Origin: Octopus vulgaris
Taxonomy: Eukaryota
Assembly: GCA_951406725.2 (NCBI GenBank)
Contig: OX597823.1
Location: forward strand, 42,532,001-42,596,000
Length of the DNA stretch: 64,000 bases
Reading direction: 5' to 3'
The notes beneath the pieces are model-generated. The model saw only the letters and a program-made list of their open reading frames with translations. It made no database searches and was not told the DNA's origin. Positions 1-14,821 of the stretch are shown here, piece after piece; the first letter of the stretch is position 1, and each line of letters opens with the position of its first letter. The translations under genes were made by a program, and so were the position numbers.

Positions 1-1057
1 AGGCTACATTTATGAGGCACGTCTTGCCGCAGATCGGCTCTTTGACGGAGTTGTAGTCTGAGATGAAGGATAGCCCAAGACTGGGTTTCTGCCACCTAGA
101 ATGTCGTCCGGCTCTTGCAACCCTCTACCGATGGAGAAATGGGATCGGTGGATATTCCTCTTTAGCAATACATAGAGGATTAGTGACAGGAAGTGCGACG
201 ACGTCTCCAGGAAAAACCCTGTTCCAGAAGACTTTCCAGTCGGAGTCTACTATGTATAATTTCCAAATGTCCTTGGCCTAGCAATACTACCGAGGGGCGC
301 TTCTGGTCAACCTTACAGGCATGAATGCGCAGCCAAATGGCCTTAGTCCGAGATGCGCTTAAAGTGACGAAACCGTTCAACACGCACCCGTTCAGTGTCT
401 GAGCATTGCTGATCTGTGGAGTTATGTCGAATAGCTGCCGTCTCATGTGGATGGATACGTCTATCGGCTAGGTCCATAGTGATGATTGCCTCGTCGCCCT
501 CCCTTAATCGGGCAGGTAAGGCAGTTTTCCTTTGTCTGGTGGCAGTGGCGAATGAAGCTCTCTGGTGGACGAAGCTGAAAGGCATGACAGCAGAGACTTT
601 CCGCTTTGGTATAGCCCTCATCGACTTTTTCAAGCCTTAGTGAGGGTGGAGAGGAAGGTGTTACCCACGAGTGAAATTTGAAAAAAATGGCAAGAGTGGA
701 TGGTACAGCTGTAAGTATATAGGCCTGTGAGTCGGAGAAAAGTAAGTGTAGAGGACACTTGCTCTTGATGTTCCGGAACATCTTGGACGACGTGTTTCCT
801 CGATTATCCCCCAAAAAACCTTTCAGCATAAAGTTGATCACATCACTATCGTCTTGTTTCTCTTTCTCTGCTTTTACTGTTGTACTCTATGTATACTACT
901 CTTCTTTGTTTTGTTGTATATCGTGTATAGTTTCTGTTTAGCTTTCATCATTTCATTTTATGTAAACCCCTATACTTTTTTCTGTTTTTGTGCTGTCCTC
1001 TCCATCCTCTACCCTTGTAGCAAATAAAAGAAATCATCATCGCCATCATCATCATCG

Positions 1058-1088
<31 letters not shown>

Positions 1089-1095
1089 TATCATC
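1..1095 (+). mobile_element. 3' end of a decayed L1/Tx1-clade LINE (C-terminal zinc-binding region, 3'UTR, tail)
   Basis: The + strand reads ...NFQMSLA*QYYRGAL... and PRCA*SDETVQHAPVQCLSIADLW (CCHC-type RT C-terminal motif), then ORF 416-640. A pyrimidine-rich 3'UTR follows, with AATAAA at 1023-1028 and an (ATC)n tail at ~1033-1095. Confidence 0.75.
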
Positions 1096-1499
1096 CACCA
1101 CCACCACCACCACCACCATAGTTGTTGTTGCTGTTGTTCAAAGATAAATATTTACAAAGCCTGTCTTTGAATCAATAGGATATTACTTTCTGACAGTTTC
1201 TCCTCGTTAGGTGTGAATTTTTTCTAAAATTCGTACTTTTATTATATATTTTTATATATATTTTCTCATGTATATATATATATATTTTTGTAGCATAACA
1301 AAAGAGATGATCCCTATCACATTCAATAAGGAAAATCACACAGAGTTGCCTCTGCCCCCATCTCGCTGCTCCCAACCTCCCACATTACATTTCCCTTGTT
1401 CATGAAATACGCATAATCAATCAATTTGAAAACATAATCAAAATCATAAGGCTTTATGCATTTATTTATCTATTTGTTTATTTATTTATTTATTCATTC

Positions 1500-1533
1500 G
1501 CGTGTGCGTGTGTATATATATGTATGTATATGT

Positions 1534-1566
<33 letters not shown>

Positions 1567-1568
1567 AA

Positions 1569-1626
<58 letters not shown>

Positions 1627-1773
1627 ATGTGTGTATGTATATTTTATGTATATATATATATATATGTATATGTATATATGTGTGCGTATATATATATATG
1701 TACACACATGCATACACATACATATACATATATGCATATATATTTGTATGTATGTATGTATATATATAGGTGC

Positions 1774-1829
<56 letters not shown>

Positions 1830-1862
1830 ATGTATGTATGTATATACATACATATATTATTA
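1500..1862. repeat. compound microsatellite (CA)n/(TA)n/(TATG)n
   Basis: Directly visible; source of the YIYI/HTHT pseudo-ORFs. Confidence 0.95.
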
Positions 1863-2769
1863 TACAATTTTCTATCATGACCACTGAACACAGCAGTTTC
1901 AAATAAACAAGTTACCTCCTGTATATGATAAATACTGTGACACCCTATCAAGAATTGAACCAGCACAATGTGTCTAACTGCGTTTTGCAAGTTTTTTTTA
2001 TCGTGATTTTTCTCATTATAATCACACACAAACACACCCACACACAAACGCATGCAGAACCCGCCCCACAATGTATGTGAAATTTATTCCTAGGCTTCAT
2101 GTGTCATATATACTGTGACACCCTTAGCCATATCTATGTGGGTGCATGTGTATCTTTGTGTGTGAATGCAAATGTAATCAGATATATCCAGTCAATTACG
2201 TTGAAGAATTTGTAAGTATAGAAAATCATAATGGATGGCTTCCAGCGAAAGTCTTTCTGTCAACATTTTATTTTATTATTAAAACCCAAATACAAAGCTA
2301 AAGCGTAAAACTAACCACAAACACGGTAACAAAACCCAAGAAGTAAAAAAAAATAACACTATAAGCAATAAGCAAAAATACAGATATTAATGAAGTGGGA
2401 TTGCACACACATACCACTGCAGAGTCACCCATGCACATACATGCCACATCTATGAATATACGCAGAGGAATGAAACCGCAAACCATTGGCATGCATGTAT
2501 CAAATATACATTTGTTCTTCTGTTAATATATTACCTAAGCTTTTATTATAAATTCCGAAAAATCTTTGTATAGTTTTTATCTGAAACATGAAACAATATT
2601 TAATTTCATATCAGATCTCTAACATCGTTTGATCTCCGATAAGTTTACAAAAGGATTTCGAATGAAGTAGTGTTGAAAAGCATTGAAAGCTACATTAAGG
2701 TAGAGTAGAGATTTGCTGGGATCACATCGGTTTGTTCATGTTTTATTTCTTTATCTTCTATCTTTTTTT

Positions 2770-3210
2770 TTTTGCTTCAGTCATTGGACTGCAGCCATGC
2801 TAGAGCAACGCATTAAAGGATTTTAGTCAAACAAATCGACCCAGCACGAATTCAAATCTGGTATTAATTATATCGGTATCTTTTACCGAACCGCTACGTT
2901 GCGGGTACGTAAAGAAACTAGCAACGGTTGTCAAACGGTGGTGGAGCAAACACAAACACATGCAACCCCTTTTCTCTCCTTCACACACACATACACGCAT
3001 ACACACACATACACACGCACGCACACATACACACACACACACACATACACGCACACACACACACACACAAATACGAGGGGCTGTCACACAGTTTCCATCT
3101 ACCAAATTCACTCATCAGGTATTGCTCCACCTGGGACTTGCTTCAGGTGCCGCGCAGTAGAACTGATCCCGGAACCACATGGTTGCAAAGCAAGCTTCTA
3201 AACCACAGAG
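2770..3210 (-). mobile_element. tRNA-derived Octopus-type SINE, family A, diverged
   Basis: Colinear similarity to the 9681-10127 copy (cagtcattggactgcagccatgc ... (CA)n ... gaactgatcccggaaccacatggttg). Confidence 0.8.
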
Positions 3211-3439
3211 ACAGTAATTTTTATTCATTGTATACGTCTAGTGTACTGATGAAACTGGTTCTAGGAGAGCTACCACCGAATTTTTACCTTGGACAATTCT
3301 ACCAAGTAAGAGAACATTAAGAACGAGATAAACTACGGAGCAAAAATAAGAATGAATGTGTGTGTTCGAGATTTTCTTCGTTTCTAGAAATATTTCAGCT
3401 CACTTGACGCTTCAGTTTTTACTCATATACATATTATAT

Positions 3440-4225
3440 TCTTTTATTCTTTTACTTGCATCAATCATTTGACTGCGGCCACGCTGGAGCACCGCCTTAA
3501 AGGGTTATAGTCAAAGAAATGGACCCCATTTCTTCGACTGTAACCCTAACCCAGGACTTATTCTTGTAAGCTTAGTTCTTATTCTATCGGTCTCTCTCGC
3601 TGAACTGCTAAGTTACGGATACATAAATGCACCAACATCGGTTGTCAAGCATTGATGGAGGAGCAAGCACACACATACACTCACATATATATGTGGCCGT
3701 GTGGTAAGAAGCTTGCTTCCCAATCACATTGTTTCCGGTTCAGTCGCACTGCCGGGCAACTTGATCAAGTGTCTTCTACTATAGCTTCGTGCCGACCAAA
3801 GCCTTGGGAGTGGATCTGGCTGACGGGAACTGAAAGAAGCCTGTCGTATATAAATTTATGTATATATTTGTGTCTTTTTGTGTTTGCCTCTCCACCATCT
3901 CTTGACAACCGATGCTGATTTGTATAAGTCACCATAATTTAACGGTTCAGCAAAAGAGGCCTATAGAATAAGTACTAGGCATACAAAGAATTTGTTCGAC
4001 TAAAACACTTTAAGACGGTGTTCCAGCATGGCCGCAGTCAAAAGACTGAAAGAAGTAAAAGAACGGGTTTCTTTCAGCTTCTGTCTACAAAATCCACTCC
4101 CTAGGATTTGGTCGACTCTAGGCTACAGTAGAAGAAATTTGCTCAAGGTGCGTCGCAGTACGACTGAACCCGGAATTATGTGGTTAGGAAGCTAGCTTCT
4201 TATCACAGAGCCACGCCTGCATCTA
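3440..4225. mobile_element. cluster of family A SINE pieces in both orientations (approx. 3440-3690 -, 3690-4062 +, 4063-4222 -)
   Basis: Segments match 9681-10127 directly or as reverse complement. Confidence 0.75.
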
Positions 4226-6479
4226 TATAAAAAGTAAGCTCGTTCCTGGGTTGGCTCGATCCACCAGCCTTTGGTTAAAAGCCAAACGCATTAACCGATT
4301 GTGCCACAGGGACATATATATGTTGTGAGACTCATGGTCGTAAGATTGTGGTTCCGATTCCTGGCCCGGGCGACGCGTTGTGTTCTGAGGCAAAGCACTT
4401 CATTTCATGTTGCTCCTGTTCACTCAGCTGGCACGAGTGAGTATTCCTGCAATGGACTGGTTTTCCGTCCAGGGTTAAATATATACGTCACGGAAACCGA
4501 CCCTATAAGATTCGGGAAAGATCTTTATCCTATATATATATCTTTGACAGAGTTCCACACAATTTCCGTCAACCAAGTTCACTCACAACGCATTAATCGG
4601 CTTAGGGCTAGAAGATACTAACTCAAAGTGCCGTGCAGTTGAACTGAACCCCGAAACCACGCGGTTGCAAAACGAGCTTCTTAACAAGACAGTAATACTT
4701 GCGCAAAAGTGGCGAAGTTTTCACTGAATGAATCAACAATGACTGGACTACAGCCTTTGTAAAGAGGCGGAGGGAATGAGCTTTTAGTGACAGTGTGAGT
4801 AGCCTTATTCATTGAAAACTACTCGGCTAAAATTGATTTTGCTTCTACTTATAAAGCTAATACTATTATCCAAGCACCACCCTAAACATATAAAATACTT
4901 ATAGCCAGTTTTCCAATTACAAACAGGCTGAATGACTGCCTGCTCAAAAGCTATAAATACTTCATGACAATTTTATAGGAGCTGATAATGCTTGCTGTAA
5001 TGTATTGTTTCTATAAGTGTGTTGTTTCTATATCTTCAGGGTGCTTACAAGTTCGTGTTATATTGAGTCACTGATCTACTCTTCTTGTCTAGGTTGAAGT
5101 ACAAAACGACAACACCAAAGTATCAAATATGTAATCTTTATTCGGTAATTGAATTCAGATTAAAATGTATTCCTGGTTACTTCGGACCAGCCACGACCGA
5201 GTAGAACTATGATTAAAGATACTCCGGCCTTGACCATCTCGTCGTTTTTCCAATATCATGAACAACTCCACTGCCTATGCATTCTTCATCGTTTAAGACC
5301 GTAGCGTTTAATTCGAGAAAGATTTCATTGCTTTTTTATCTCAGGTCAAACGACTGCATAGATGTTATCGTATCGAGATAAATTTTACACATATAAATGC
5401 AGGGAGCCGAGTTTTGGATCTGCATATATCCTCACGAATTTGTGGTCGTTGCTGATTGATAATATTCTGCTGATTGACACCAGGAAAAATAATTCTTCAA
5501 CTTTATGGACAGAATGAGGTTCTTGTGAAAAGACGGCAGCCTTAGTTCCCATTGAAGTTGGATGATGTAGTATTCCAGCAAGACCTGTGCGCTATTCCTT
5601 GAAGGAAATTGGTTTGGAATCCAAGGGAATAGCCATAGTGGCTGAAACAAGTTCAAGGTGATTGTGGTTGACGAGAAACCCCAGATAGAACCCTTCAGTT
5701 GGCACAGGTGAATTCAGTCCTTGTTGCCCTACTCAGGCGAAACGTATAGACTTAGACACGTAAGACTTGAGGCTCTGAGATATTCGTTGAAAATAACAGA
5801 AGAGTTCGAAACAAACAATGCGATAGTCAACATCTAGAGAAAGAGTATGCAACATTATTAAGTAGTTTCTGAAGTTTCTGCTAGGGGTAAAGCATCCTCT
5901 GTATTTATTTCACTGACGTGAACGTTGTGTGGGTTGGTGGTCGTAAATTGTTTTGAAGATGTTAATTCCTGGTAAATAAATTAGCCAGAACGATTTTAAC
6001 ACTATAGCGACAATGATCTTTACATCAATATTCCACTTGATTCAAAAGATGAAATAAGTGCTGATTCTAGGAGTGGTTTCTTTGAAAGAATTGGCACTAA
6101 TGGGTTTTACTGAAACCAGAAATGTCTTTAAAAGGCTTGGTGCTGTATTTTCTTTCTTTTCTTATTTCTTTCATTTTTGTCTTTCTTCCCTCCTTTTTTT
6201 CCCTGTTTGGTGAGTCTATTGTTTGTCAACGTTTACTACCGCAGTCTCGTTTCTCCTTATTTTTTGTCCTTTATGAATGTTCAGTCCTGTCTCTGTGTAA
6301 ATTAGTGATTGAAAGTTACTCATTGACCTTTAGTCAACAAAATGAAAGACAAAAACAGTATAATTCAGTGTCATTTATTGATGTAGAGGAATCGGTAAAG
6401 CCAATATTTGTCGACCTACTTTGCAGTCCATACTGGCTTTTACCTATGTCTTTAGTAATCACTCACATATAGTAATGTA

Positions 6480-7140
6480 ATCGTTTCTAATTTAGTTATA
6501 AAGCCAGCAATTTTGAAGGGAAGAGGTTTAGCAATTACACCGATCCCAGTACTAGACTGATTTTTGTCTTTTTTTCTTCTTTTGATCTTGGTAGAATAAA
6601 GATAAAAACAGTATAATTAAAGTTAACATTGACAGAATTTCAACACAGAATATAAAGATACGGACCAAATACCACAGAGTATGGTCCGACTTTCTAATGT
6701 CTCTGTCAGCTCGAACACAAGGCAAGCAGTTTTAAAGTGAGGTACAGTAGTCCCTACCATCGAATCCAGTACTTGACTGATACATTATTTTGTGGATCCT
6801 AGAGGGATGAAAGGGAAAGTTAACATCGGCAGAATTTGAGCACAGAATGTAATGCGCCAGAATAAATTCTGCAGAGCATTTGGTCCGATACTCTAACGAT
6901 TCTGCTAGTTCACCAAAACATATTGTCAATACTGTTACTAGTTTAGGTAAAAGGTCAGCAGTTTCAACAGCTGGAGTTAGTCGATTGTATAGTGTGGTTA
7001 TATTATTTTATCGATCTCGATGGGTGAATGAAAGACAAAGATGACCTTGGAGGGATTTAAAATCAGAATATAGAGAGATGGAACAATACTCTAACGAATC
7101 TTTATTCGACACTCTAATAATTATGCCAGTTCTCCATCAC
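6480..7140 (-). mobile_element. tandem degenerate family B SINE copies
   Basis: About three repeats of ccagtact..gact ... aaag..aac.tcggcagaatttga ... ccgatactctaacga, similar to 15645-15879. Confidence 0.6.
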
Positions 7141-8557
7141 ACCTCTGTATGATAATAACCGATATAAATATTAACTGGCTGGTTGTTTGGTTGAATCCGC
7201 CAGTCATGCTTTACATTGTACGGAGAAACGGAGCGAGAGGGAGAGAGAAATAAAGAGAGTTAACATAAGAGGTGCATGGTTTGATGGAGGGCAATGAGTA
7301 AAGGAATATTAAACACACACACAATGTGCGATAAAGAATCATAAAAACAGAAGAGGAACAGAAGGAACAGAAAGAGGAGTGAATGGCAGAGTAATTATGG
7401 GAGGCGTTCAAGTTTTACAGAGATTGGTTTTCGATGGTTGTGTTGATGAAATTTAGAAAAATAATAACGTATATTTACTTCAAATATACAAATGAGAAGT
7501 CGTTTGATTTGATTTTATTCTAAGGTAATATCTTCAAAAACTTAGCATTCAAAGCATCATTTTGTATAAGTATCAGAAAATTTGATAAACGTTAAATTAT
7601 AATTTTGTAGCTATTATGCATAGTGGTAAAATTATACTTCCAAAGTTACCCGTCATATGATGGGTAACATGCAAGTATAGTAATAATGGCTGGCCACTTG
7701 TCGTATTGCTTATATTAGCAAAAGGGTTTGTTTTCTGGCAGTGACAGTTCTCGAATAACGCCTAAAGAGGAACTGAAACGAACAACCACAATTTAGATTT
7801 TCAAACATATGCAATGTGGTCGAATGGTTAAAATGATATGTTTGCAACCTTCAACCAGTGTTCGAGCTTTCGATCCTACTGTGTGTAATCTGGGGTAAAT
7901 GTTATTTTCTATATCCGCAGGTAGACTCATAACTTGTTAGAAAATATGGGTAGACGGAAACTGTATGGAAGTCCATTGGAAGAATTTGTTCCTGGAATTC
8001 TAACGGTACAAACTTATCACACTCTATGTGATGCTGATTCCGCGTGATAATTATTGTAATCATTCCTATCGAGTGATGTCGCTAATGAAAACGTCAACAC
8101 TTTAATAATTGGGCAGATTCATTAATCCAATAACTATGAAATATTTCTGGGTAGTAACAACAACACTCGTATCTGTGTGAATAACTTCCCGTCCAAGGTT
8201 TTATTCAGATGCGTGACAAACGAACTCATACAGTGAGTACACAATGTTCAATAAAGTTATCTGGGATGAATAAAAGGTTCTGAACAACTTGCCGTGTTCC
8301 ATGATAACATTGAGAAGACAGAAGTAATTTAAACTACAAGATTTACTTTCCACAGGCACTAGACGTAGTATACCATACCGAGCTGCTGGTAGGAATTGAA
8401 TATCGAATTCACTCACATGCCTGGGCAAAGCTAAAATTATAAAGGGGAGAAACATTTGTTGTAAGATTTATCACAAAATTAGAGATTCGATTCATAAACA
8501 AGTGTGACATGCGAATAAATACGTTATGTTAAGGATATACGTTATGTTAAGGATATA

Positions 8558-8669
8558 TGTTTGCAAAAGGGACATGAAGGCCTGCAACATCAATATTAGC
8601 GGTTGGGAGGCAGTTGCCGGCAACCGTGGAGAATGGCGACGTACCGTAAAAGAGGGAATACAAAGGAGT

Positions 8670-8704
<35 letters not shown>

Positions 8705-8942
8705 AATGGAAAGAAAAGAAGAGACGTCAACAAGAGACTATGGCATTACAACCAGCCAGGAACAGTCTTCGCTACATTTGCGGTACCTGCCAGAGGGAGT
8801 GTTTGTCCAGGATAGGACTACACAGCCACAGCAGGAAATGTATCAGGACATGAAATATAAAAGCCGGACTAAGCCTAGTCCGGCTTTTATATGCGCAACT
8901 CCATTGTCTCCCGAGACAGAAAGGATGACAACAACAACAACC
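8558..8942 (+). mobile_element. 5'-truncated RTE (BovB-like) LINE 3' end
   Basis: CKRDMKACNINISGWEAVAGNRGEWRRTV, then (after a frameshift in (GA)n) YICGTCQRECLSRIGLHSHSRKC, the typical RTE C-terminus. Short 3'UTR and (ACA)n tail at ~8927-8940. Confidence 0.9.
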
Positions 8943-9641
8943 AATATGTTTGTGGAATACTCAGCCACTTATCTCTTAATTTAGGCGCAAATTATTTTAG
9001 TTAATCGGGCAATCGAATCCGCATCGTCGAACGACGGAGATCCACTAACCCCTTTTATTCTACGGTGATTTCTTTGTTCAGAAGGAAACGAACATAAAAA
9101 TAAATTAAAACAGAACGGTTGTGAATAAGAACGAAAATAAAACGAAACGAACAGATCGAGAAAAATCAAACTCGCAAGTTGGCAACTAAGGACTATAATT
9201 ATTTCGACATTACTTTCATACAGATGATGCATTAAAGTCTTTTACTGGTTTTAGTCATTGGACTGCGGCCATACTGGAATATCGCCTTCAAGAACTTTTA
9301 CTTTGTCATGTTTATTTTCTGTGATTATTGGTCTGCTATCTTATTTTAAAGTTCTCTGTTGCGTCGCTAAGTTAGACTTTGACGTAAAGGAACATAATAT
9401 AAACAACACCGGATTTTAGGCTGCTGTAAACAACACACAAACACACACATACATATATATACATACATGCATACATACATACATACATACATACATACAC
9501 GCTTGCAAAAATACACCTACACACGTATGCAATGATATATAATTAACTATTTACGCGTAAACATATATACTTTTGCTACACACACATACATTTATAACTA
9601 TATATATACCTATATATCTACATACCTACATATATTCCTAG

Positions 9642-9680
<39 letters not shown>

Positions 9681-9683
<3 letters not shown>

Positions 9684-9883
9684 TCTTTTACTCTTTTACT
9701 TGTTTCAGTCATTTGACTGCGGCCATGCTGGAGCACCGCCTTTAGTCGAGCAAATCGACCCCGGGACTTATTCTTTGTAAGCCCAGTACTTATTCTATCG
9801 GTCTCTTTTGCCGATCCGCTAAGTGACGGGGACGTAAACGCACCAGCATCGGTTGTCAAGCAATGCTAGGGGGGACAAACACA

Positions 9884-9938
<55 letters not shown>

Positions 9939-10127
9939 ATATATATATATATATACATATATACGACAGGCTTCTTTCAGTTTCCGTCTACCAAATCCAC
10001 TCACAAGGCATTGGTCTGCCCGGGGCTATAGCAGAAGACACTTGTCCAAGACGCCACGCAGTGGTACTGAACCCGGAACCATGTGGTTGGTTAGCAAGCT
10101 ACTTACCACACAGCCACTCCTGCGCCT
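9681..10127 (-). mobile_element. full-length tRNA-derived SINE, family A (Octopus OK/OR-type)
   Basis: Minus strand starts AGGCGCAGGAGTGGCTGTGTGGTAAG (A-box-like), then GGTTCAGTACC (B-box-like), internal (TA)/(TG)n and an (AAGAGTAA)n tail; many copies in the window. Confidence 0.9.
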
Positions 10128-11004
10128 ATCTATATATATATATATATACACACACATGACTCATACATACCTACATGTATATGTACATACCTACGTATAT
10201 ACCTATAAGCATACAAGGGAAACTACTACAAGCCGATCTAGTGGTTTTCTGACACTGCGATCTGGTTTCAAATCTTGCGGATGTCACTTTTGATTTCTTT
10301 CATCCTTCCAACATCGATCAAATAAAGTATCAGTTAAGTACTATAACCGATGTAACCGACTAAACCCATCCACTAAAAATGCTGACCTTGTGCCTAAATT
10401 AGAAATAAATATATTATGGGTATTTTATAAATCGTGAAAATTCCGAAAGCCAACGTGAATTCCGAATTTGAACATAAAACAGCGGGATCAAAATACCGGT
10501 ACAGGAATATGAAATTAGCTGCTCTCCCCATCATGTCTGTCATTTGAACAGCTCTCATAAAAATTATTATTTCTTGCCCAAGACCTTAAAATTAGAGAAA
10601 CAAGGGAGTTCGATTATATGATATCAAGCGATTTGAATGCGGTCGCTGCAATCGGGAAATGGAAGAGTGTTCCACTCTCAGCTCATTGGTGATAATCTCT
10701 ATTTTAAGTTATTTCACCGTTCGTGATGAAAAAAAAAAATATTTGGAATACAAGCATGAATTAATAGCAAAATTTGTTACATTATTATTCAAGTGCTTAA
10801 AATATCCAGTAGAGATCAATTAACGGGCCACAGGAATCTGACGAAAGACTTTGAATACAGAAGTGGATCGTAAAAATCAGTACTTGTGTGTGTGTGTTTA
10901 TTGGCTTTCAACATCAACACAAGGACATAAATTAGAGGAGGGAAGATCGATTAGGTCGACTTCAGGAATAATACTTATTTTATCGACCATATAACAGTAA
11001 AAGT

Positions 11005-11260
11005 GTGTGAAGCAGTTTGAACTAGTAGTTAGAGTATTGCACTCATGATCGCAAGAACGTGGTTTCGATTCCCAGACCAGGCGATGAATTATGTTGTTGA
11101 GCAAAACATTTCATTTCATGTTGCGTTAGTTCACTTAGCTGTAAATGAGTAACTCTGCGAAGGACTAGCATCTTATTCAGGGGACGGGGTTGTTGCGATC
11201 TCGATTACTTCTACGCAATGGAAATTGGGGAACAGACTCTATGAGCCCCATGACTCGAGA
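11005..11260 (+). mobile_element. tRNA-derived SINE, family C-like head, diverged
   Basis: agttagagtattgcactcatgatc...ggtttcgattcccag...gagcaaaacatttcatttcatgttgc; similar pieces at ~4320-4520 and 50521-50665. Confidence 0.65.
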
Positions 11261-11485
11261 CAATAAGATACTGAGAAATTAATTTTAAAGACGTGGATCC
11301 ATAATCACCAAGAAAGTAGGCCATTTTAAAGATCAGCGAAGAATTTAGCAATGAATAACAACTAGGTCTGTTCAACTGCGCGGCACTTAGAGTAAGAGCC
11401 TGCTACTATAGACTCAGGCCAACCAATACCTTGTGAGTGAATTCGGAAGAAGTCCGTTGTATATACCTGTGTGTTTGTGTGTGTA

Positions 11486-11555
<70 letters not shown>

Positions 11556-11996
11556 CTCTTAAAAGATAATGGAGTCGATTTGTTTGGCTAAGCGCTTCTA
11601 GGTAGTGTCCCCTCTATGGCTGCACTCCAATGACTGAATCAAGTTAAAAATAAAAAGTAAAAGACGGTATGGATGAAGATGTTTTGAAGAGAAAACTGGC
11701 AATCCTGTTATGTGAGATTCCAGATGAATCTATTCCACAGCAAGGAATACAAATGAAGGTAGAAACACCTATCTCCCTCACTTACCCCACCAAAATAAAA
11801 GCCAAAAACAAAATACACAAGTTAAGAAGATTTAGTAAAAAGAAATGTGTAGCAAAAATAATGGTGGTGCCCCAACATGGCCACGATTCGCAAGCCGAAG
11901 CAGATGAAAACGTCATAGAGTAATAATTAATACTAAATAGACACTGTATCATGGAACTGATGCAGTAGTAATTCACTTTAATATAACAAGAGAGGA

Positions 11997-12212
11997 AGGT
12001 GGTGAGCTGGCAGAACCGTTAGTACGCTGGGTAAAATGTCTAGTGGTATTTCGGCCGTCTTTACGTTCTGAGTTCAAATTCCGCCGGGGTCGACTCTGCA
12101 TTTTAGCCTTTCAGGGTCTTATAAAATAAGTACCAGTTGAGAACTGGGGTTGATGTAAACTGACTTATCCACTCCCCGAAATTGCTGGCCCTGTACCAAA
12201 ATATGAAACCAA
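11997..12212 (+). mobile_element. SINE family B
   Basis: ggtggtgagctggcagaaccgttag...gagttcaaattccgccggggtcgac...aaataagtaccagt; another copy at ~13928-14135. Confidence 0.85.
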
Positions 12213-13347
12213 TATAACAAGAGTGGAATGTATTTGGAATATCAATTTAATAAAAGACTTTAAATGGATATATAAACTTCGAGAGAATGGAGAATAATTC
12301 TTTATCGGAACGATGAATCTCGAAGCAGAAAAAGCTAGGTTGAAAAACCTTTGGGATAAAAAAAAAAATTGAAGACTTCCTGTAGGACTCGAATCCACAT
12401 TTCCCATAAACAAGGAAAGTGTTCTACCATCGGGAGCAAAGCAAGCCTTCGAATCTCTCTTTCCATTTTCAGGAACATTGTTTTTACCAGTGAGAAATGT
12501 ATATTGTAAAAAAATGTTGGTTTGAGTCCCGCGGACAGCCTTCCATTTTTTTCTATCCAAAAGATTTTAAATCCAATCTTTACACGCTGTTATTTATAGC
12601 TTTATCTGTTTCGAGATTAACCATTTCAAAACTAATGAAAATCTCTGCGACATCTGATGGAACTTTCACGAGAAAACGCTAACCTATCTCCTCTCAAATA
12701 ACTGAACAAAACAATCTCTTAATCAACAACATTAAAGAATAAGAGAGAGGAAATGCTGTAACAGCAGCAATAATACTAGGAATACAGATCAATGGGCGGA
12801 CAGAATTCGAGAGACATCAAACTCACAGTAAAACTGAAAGGAAATTCAATGAATATTGATTTCTAAATTTGCCAAAATTCACGCCGCTTTGTAAAGCGAA
12901 AGGAAGGAGGAAGCTTTGAATAATACTAAATTTCCAAAAATATTAATAGATTTAACTATTGTTTGAAGCGAAGAGATACAGCAATCAAATTTGTGTTAAA
13001 ATAGTTTCTCTCTCTAAAAATATACACAAAATATAAAGTTTTCTATTGATTTCGTTGACGGCAATCGCATGTAATTAAAATGGAGACTGGTTTATTTGAG
13101 AATCTTACGACTGACATTAGTCGGCAGCCATTAGCAGTAGTAGTTTCACTTTAATAAATTCAATTCGTTTTCAGCCGACTAACGGTTTCCTTTATGATCT
13201 CGCTCTTGTCATTGCACATCCTAGTGAAAGGGAATATGTATTTTTAGAAGCATATGGACAGGGACTAAATTTACTGCCTAATTTGCATTTACTTTAGTCA
13301 ATAAATCACACACCTGCAGAGAATAGCATATAGACACTGCCAAACCG

Positions 13348-13393
<46 letters not shown>

Positions 13394-13437
13394 TACATAT
13401 ATACACACGCACACACACACACTTATATATGTATATG

Positions 13438-13473
<36 letters not shown>

Positions 13474-13584
13474 TGTATGTCTATCTTTCAATCCAATTGT
13501 GGTCTTTTGGCACAAATTCACCTGACCATAAATACTATCCTTTTCTATCTCGCTCTCTTCACACACATATATATATATATATGC

Positions 13585-13651
<67 letters not shown>

Positions 13652-14821
13652 TGTGTGTGTGTGCTCTCGTACACACCTATAATTTCGCAGAATATGTTAT
13701 CGCCGCCAGTTAGAACTAACTTTTTTGGTGCTCTCTCTCACTCAATTTCTTCTTCCAGCTATCAGCAACGATGATTCTATTCTGTGATCACATTTGTGTA
13801 CGTATGTCTGTTCACCAAACGACGAGTCGTTGTGTTAGTTCAACTTTTTTATGAATATTTTCGATTCCTTTTTGAAAACTTCTAAATTGTGTTGTTCAAA
13901 AATATGTTTATCGTTAATCGAACCATTAAGGTAGCGAACTGGCAGAACCGTTTGCACGCTGGGCAAAATGTTTAGCGGCATTCCGTCCGTCTTTGTGTTC
14001 TGAACTCAAATCCTGTCAAGGGTGATTTTTGATTTTCATTCTTTCGGGGTCCATGGAAGAAGTACTATTTGTGCACTGGGGTCGATATAATCGACATTCT
14101 CCCATAAAATTGCAACCATTGCGCAAAGATTTGAAAAAAATTATCAATCGTTGTTCTTCAATTCTTACTGTACTTAATTTAGTTTTGGCCATATTCCTGT
14201 TGTCAACTATTTCTTGTTCTTATTATTCTTAAAGCCTAAGACACTGAGCACTGCTTCAGCATAAAGTTTCGTTGATCGCATCCACTTGGTAATTTAAATG
14301 TTGATACAGTTTTCTCTCGTTTCAATATGGTATGCAGTAAAACGATTCCCGATATAAACTGATGTATGGTGTTACAATACTTAATGTTGCTGTCAAGCTG
14401 TTTCCCTCACATTGCGAAATTTCAACTTGACTTTAGCTGACTCTCTGAAATGTAGATACGATCATTCAAATTCTGCCAAAGCAGATTCATTCACAAAGCT
14501 TGTGCCGACATGAAACATTGTAGGAGGCATTTGTTTAAGATGATTCACGGTCAGATCAAAACCGAGCTATCACCTCTTTATTGTCAAGTGAAATTTTAGC
14601 CATTCCATCATATATTGGTACCAAGTACGTAGTCATGAGAAGAAAAAGAAAAACATATATACGTACACAGCATAACATATATTAATATATTAATACACAC
14701 GCACGCGCGCACACACACACACAGATAATATATGCGAAGGCGGTGTATGTATATATGTATATATGCAGTGCTCCAGCATGACCACGGTCACATGACTAAA
14801 GTAAAAGAATGCGAGAATGTG

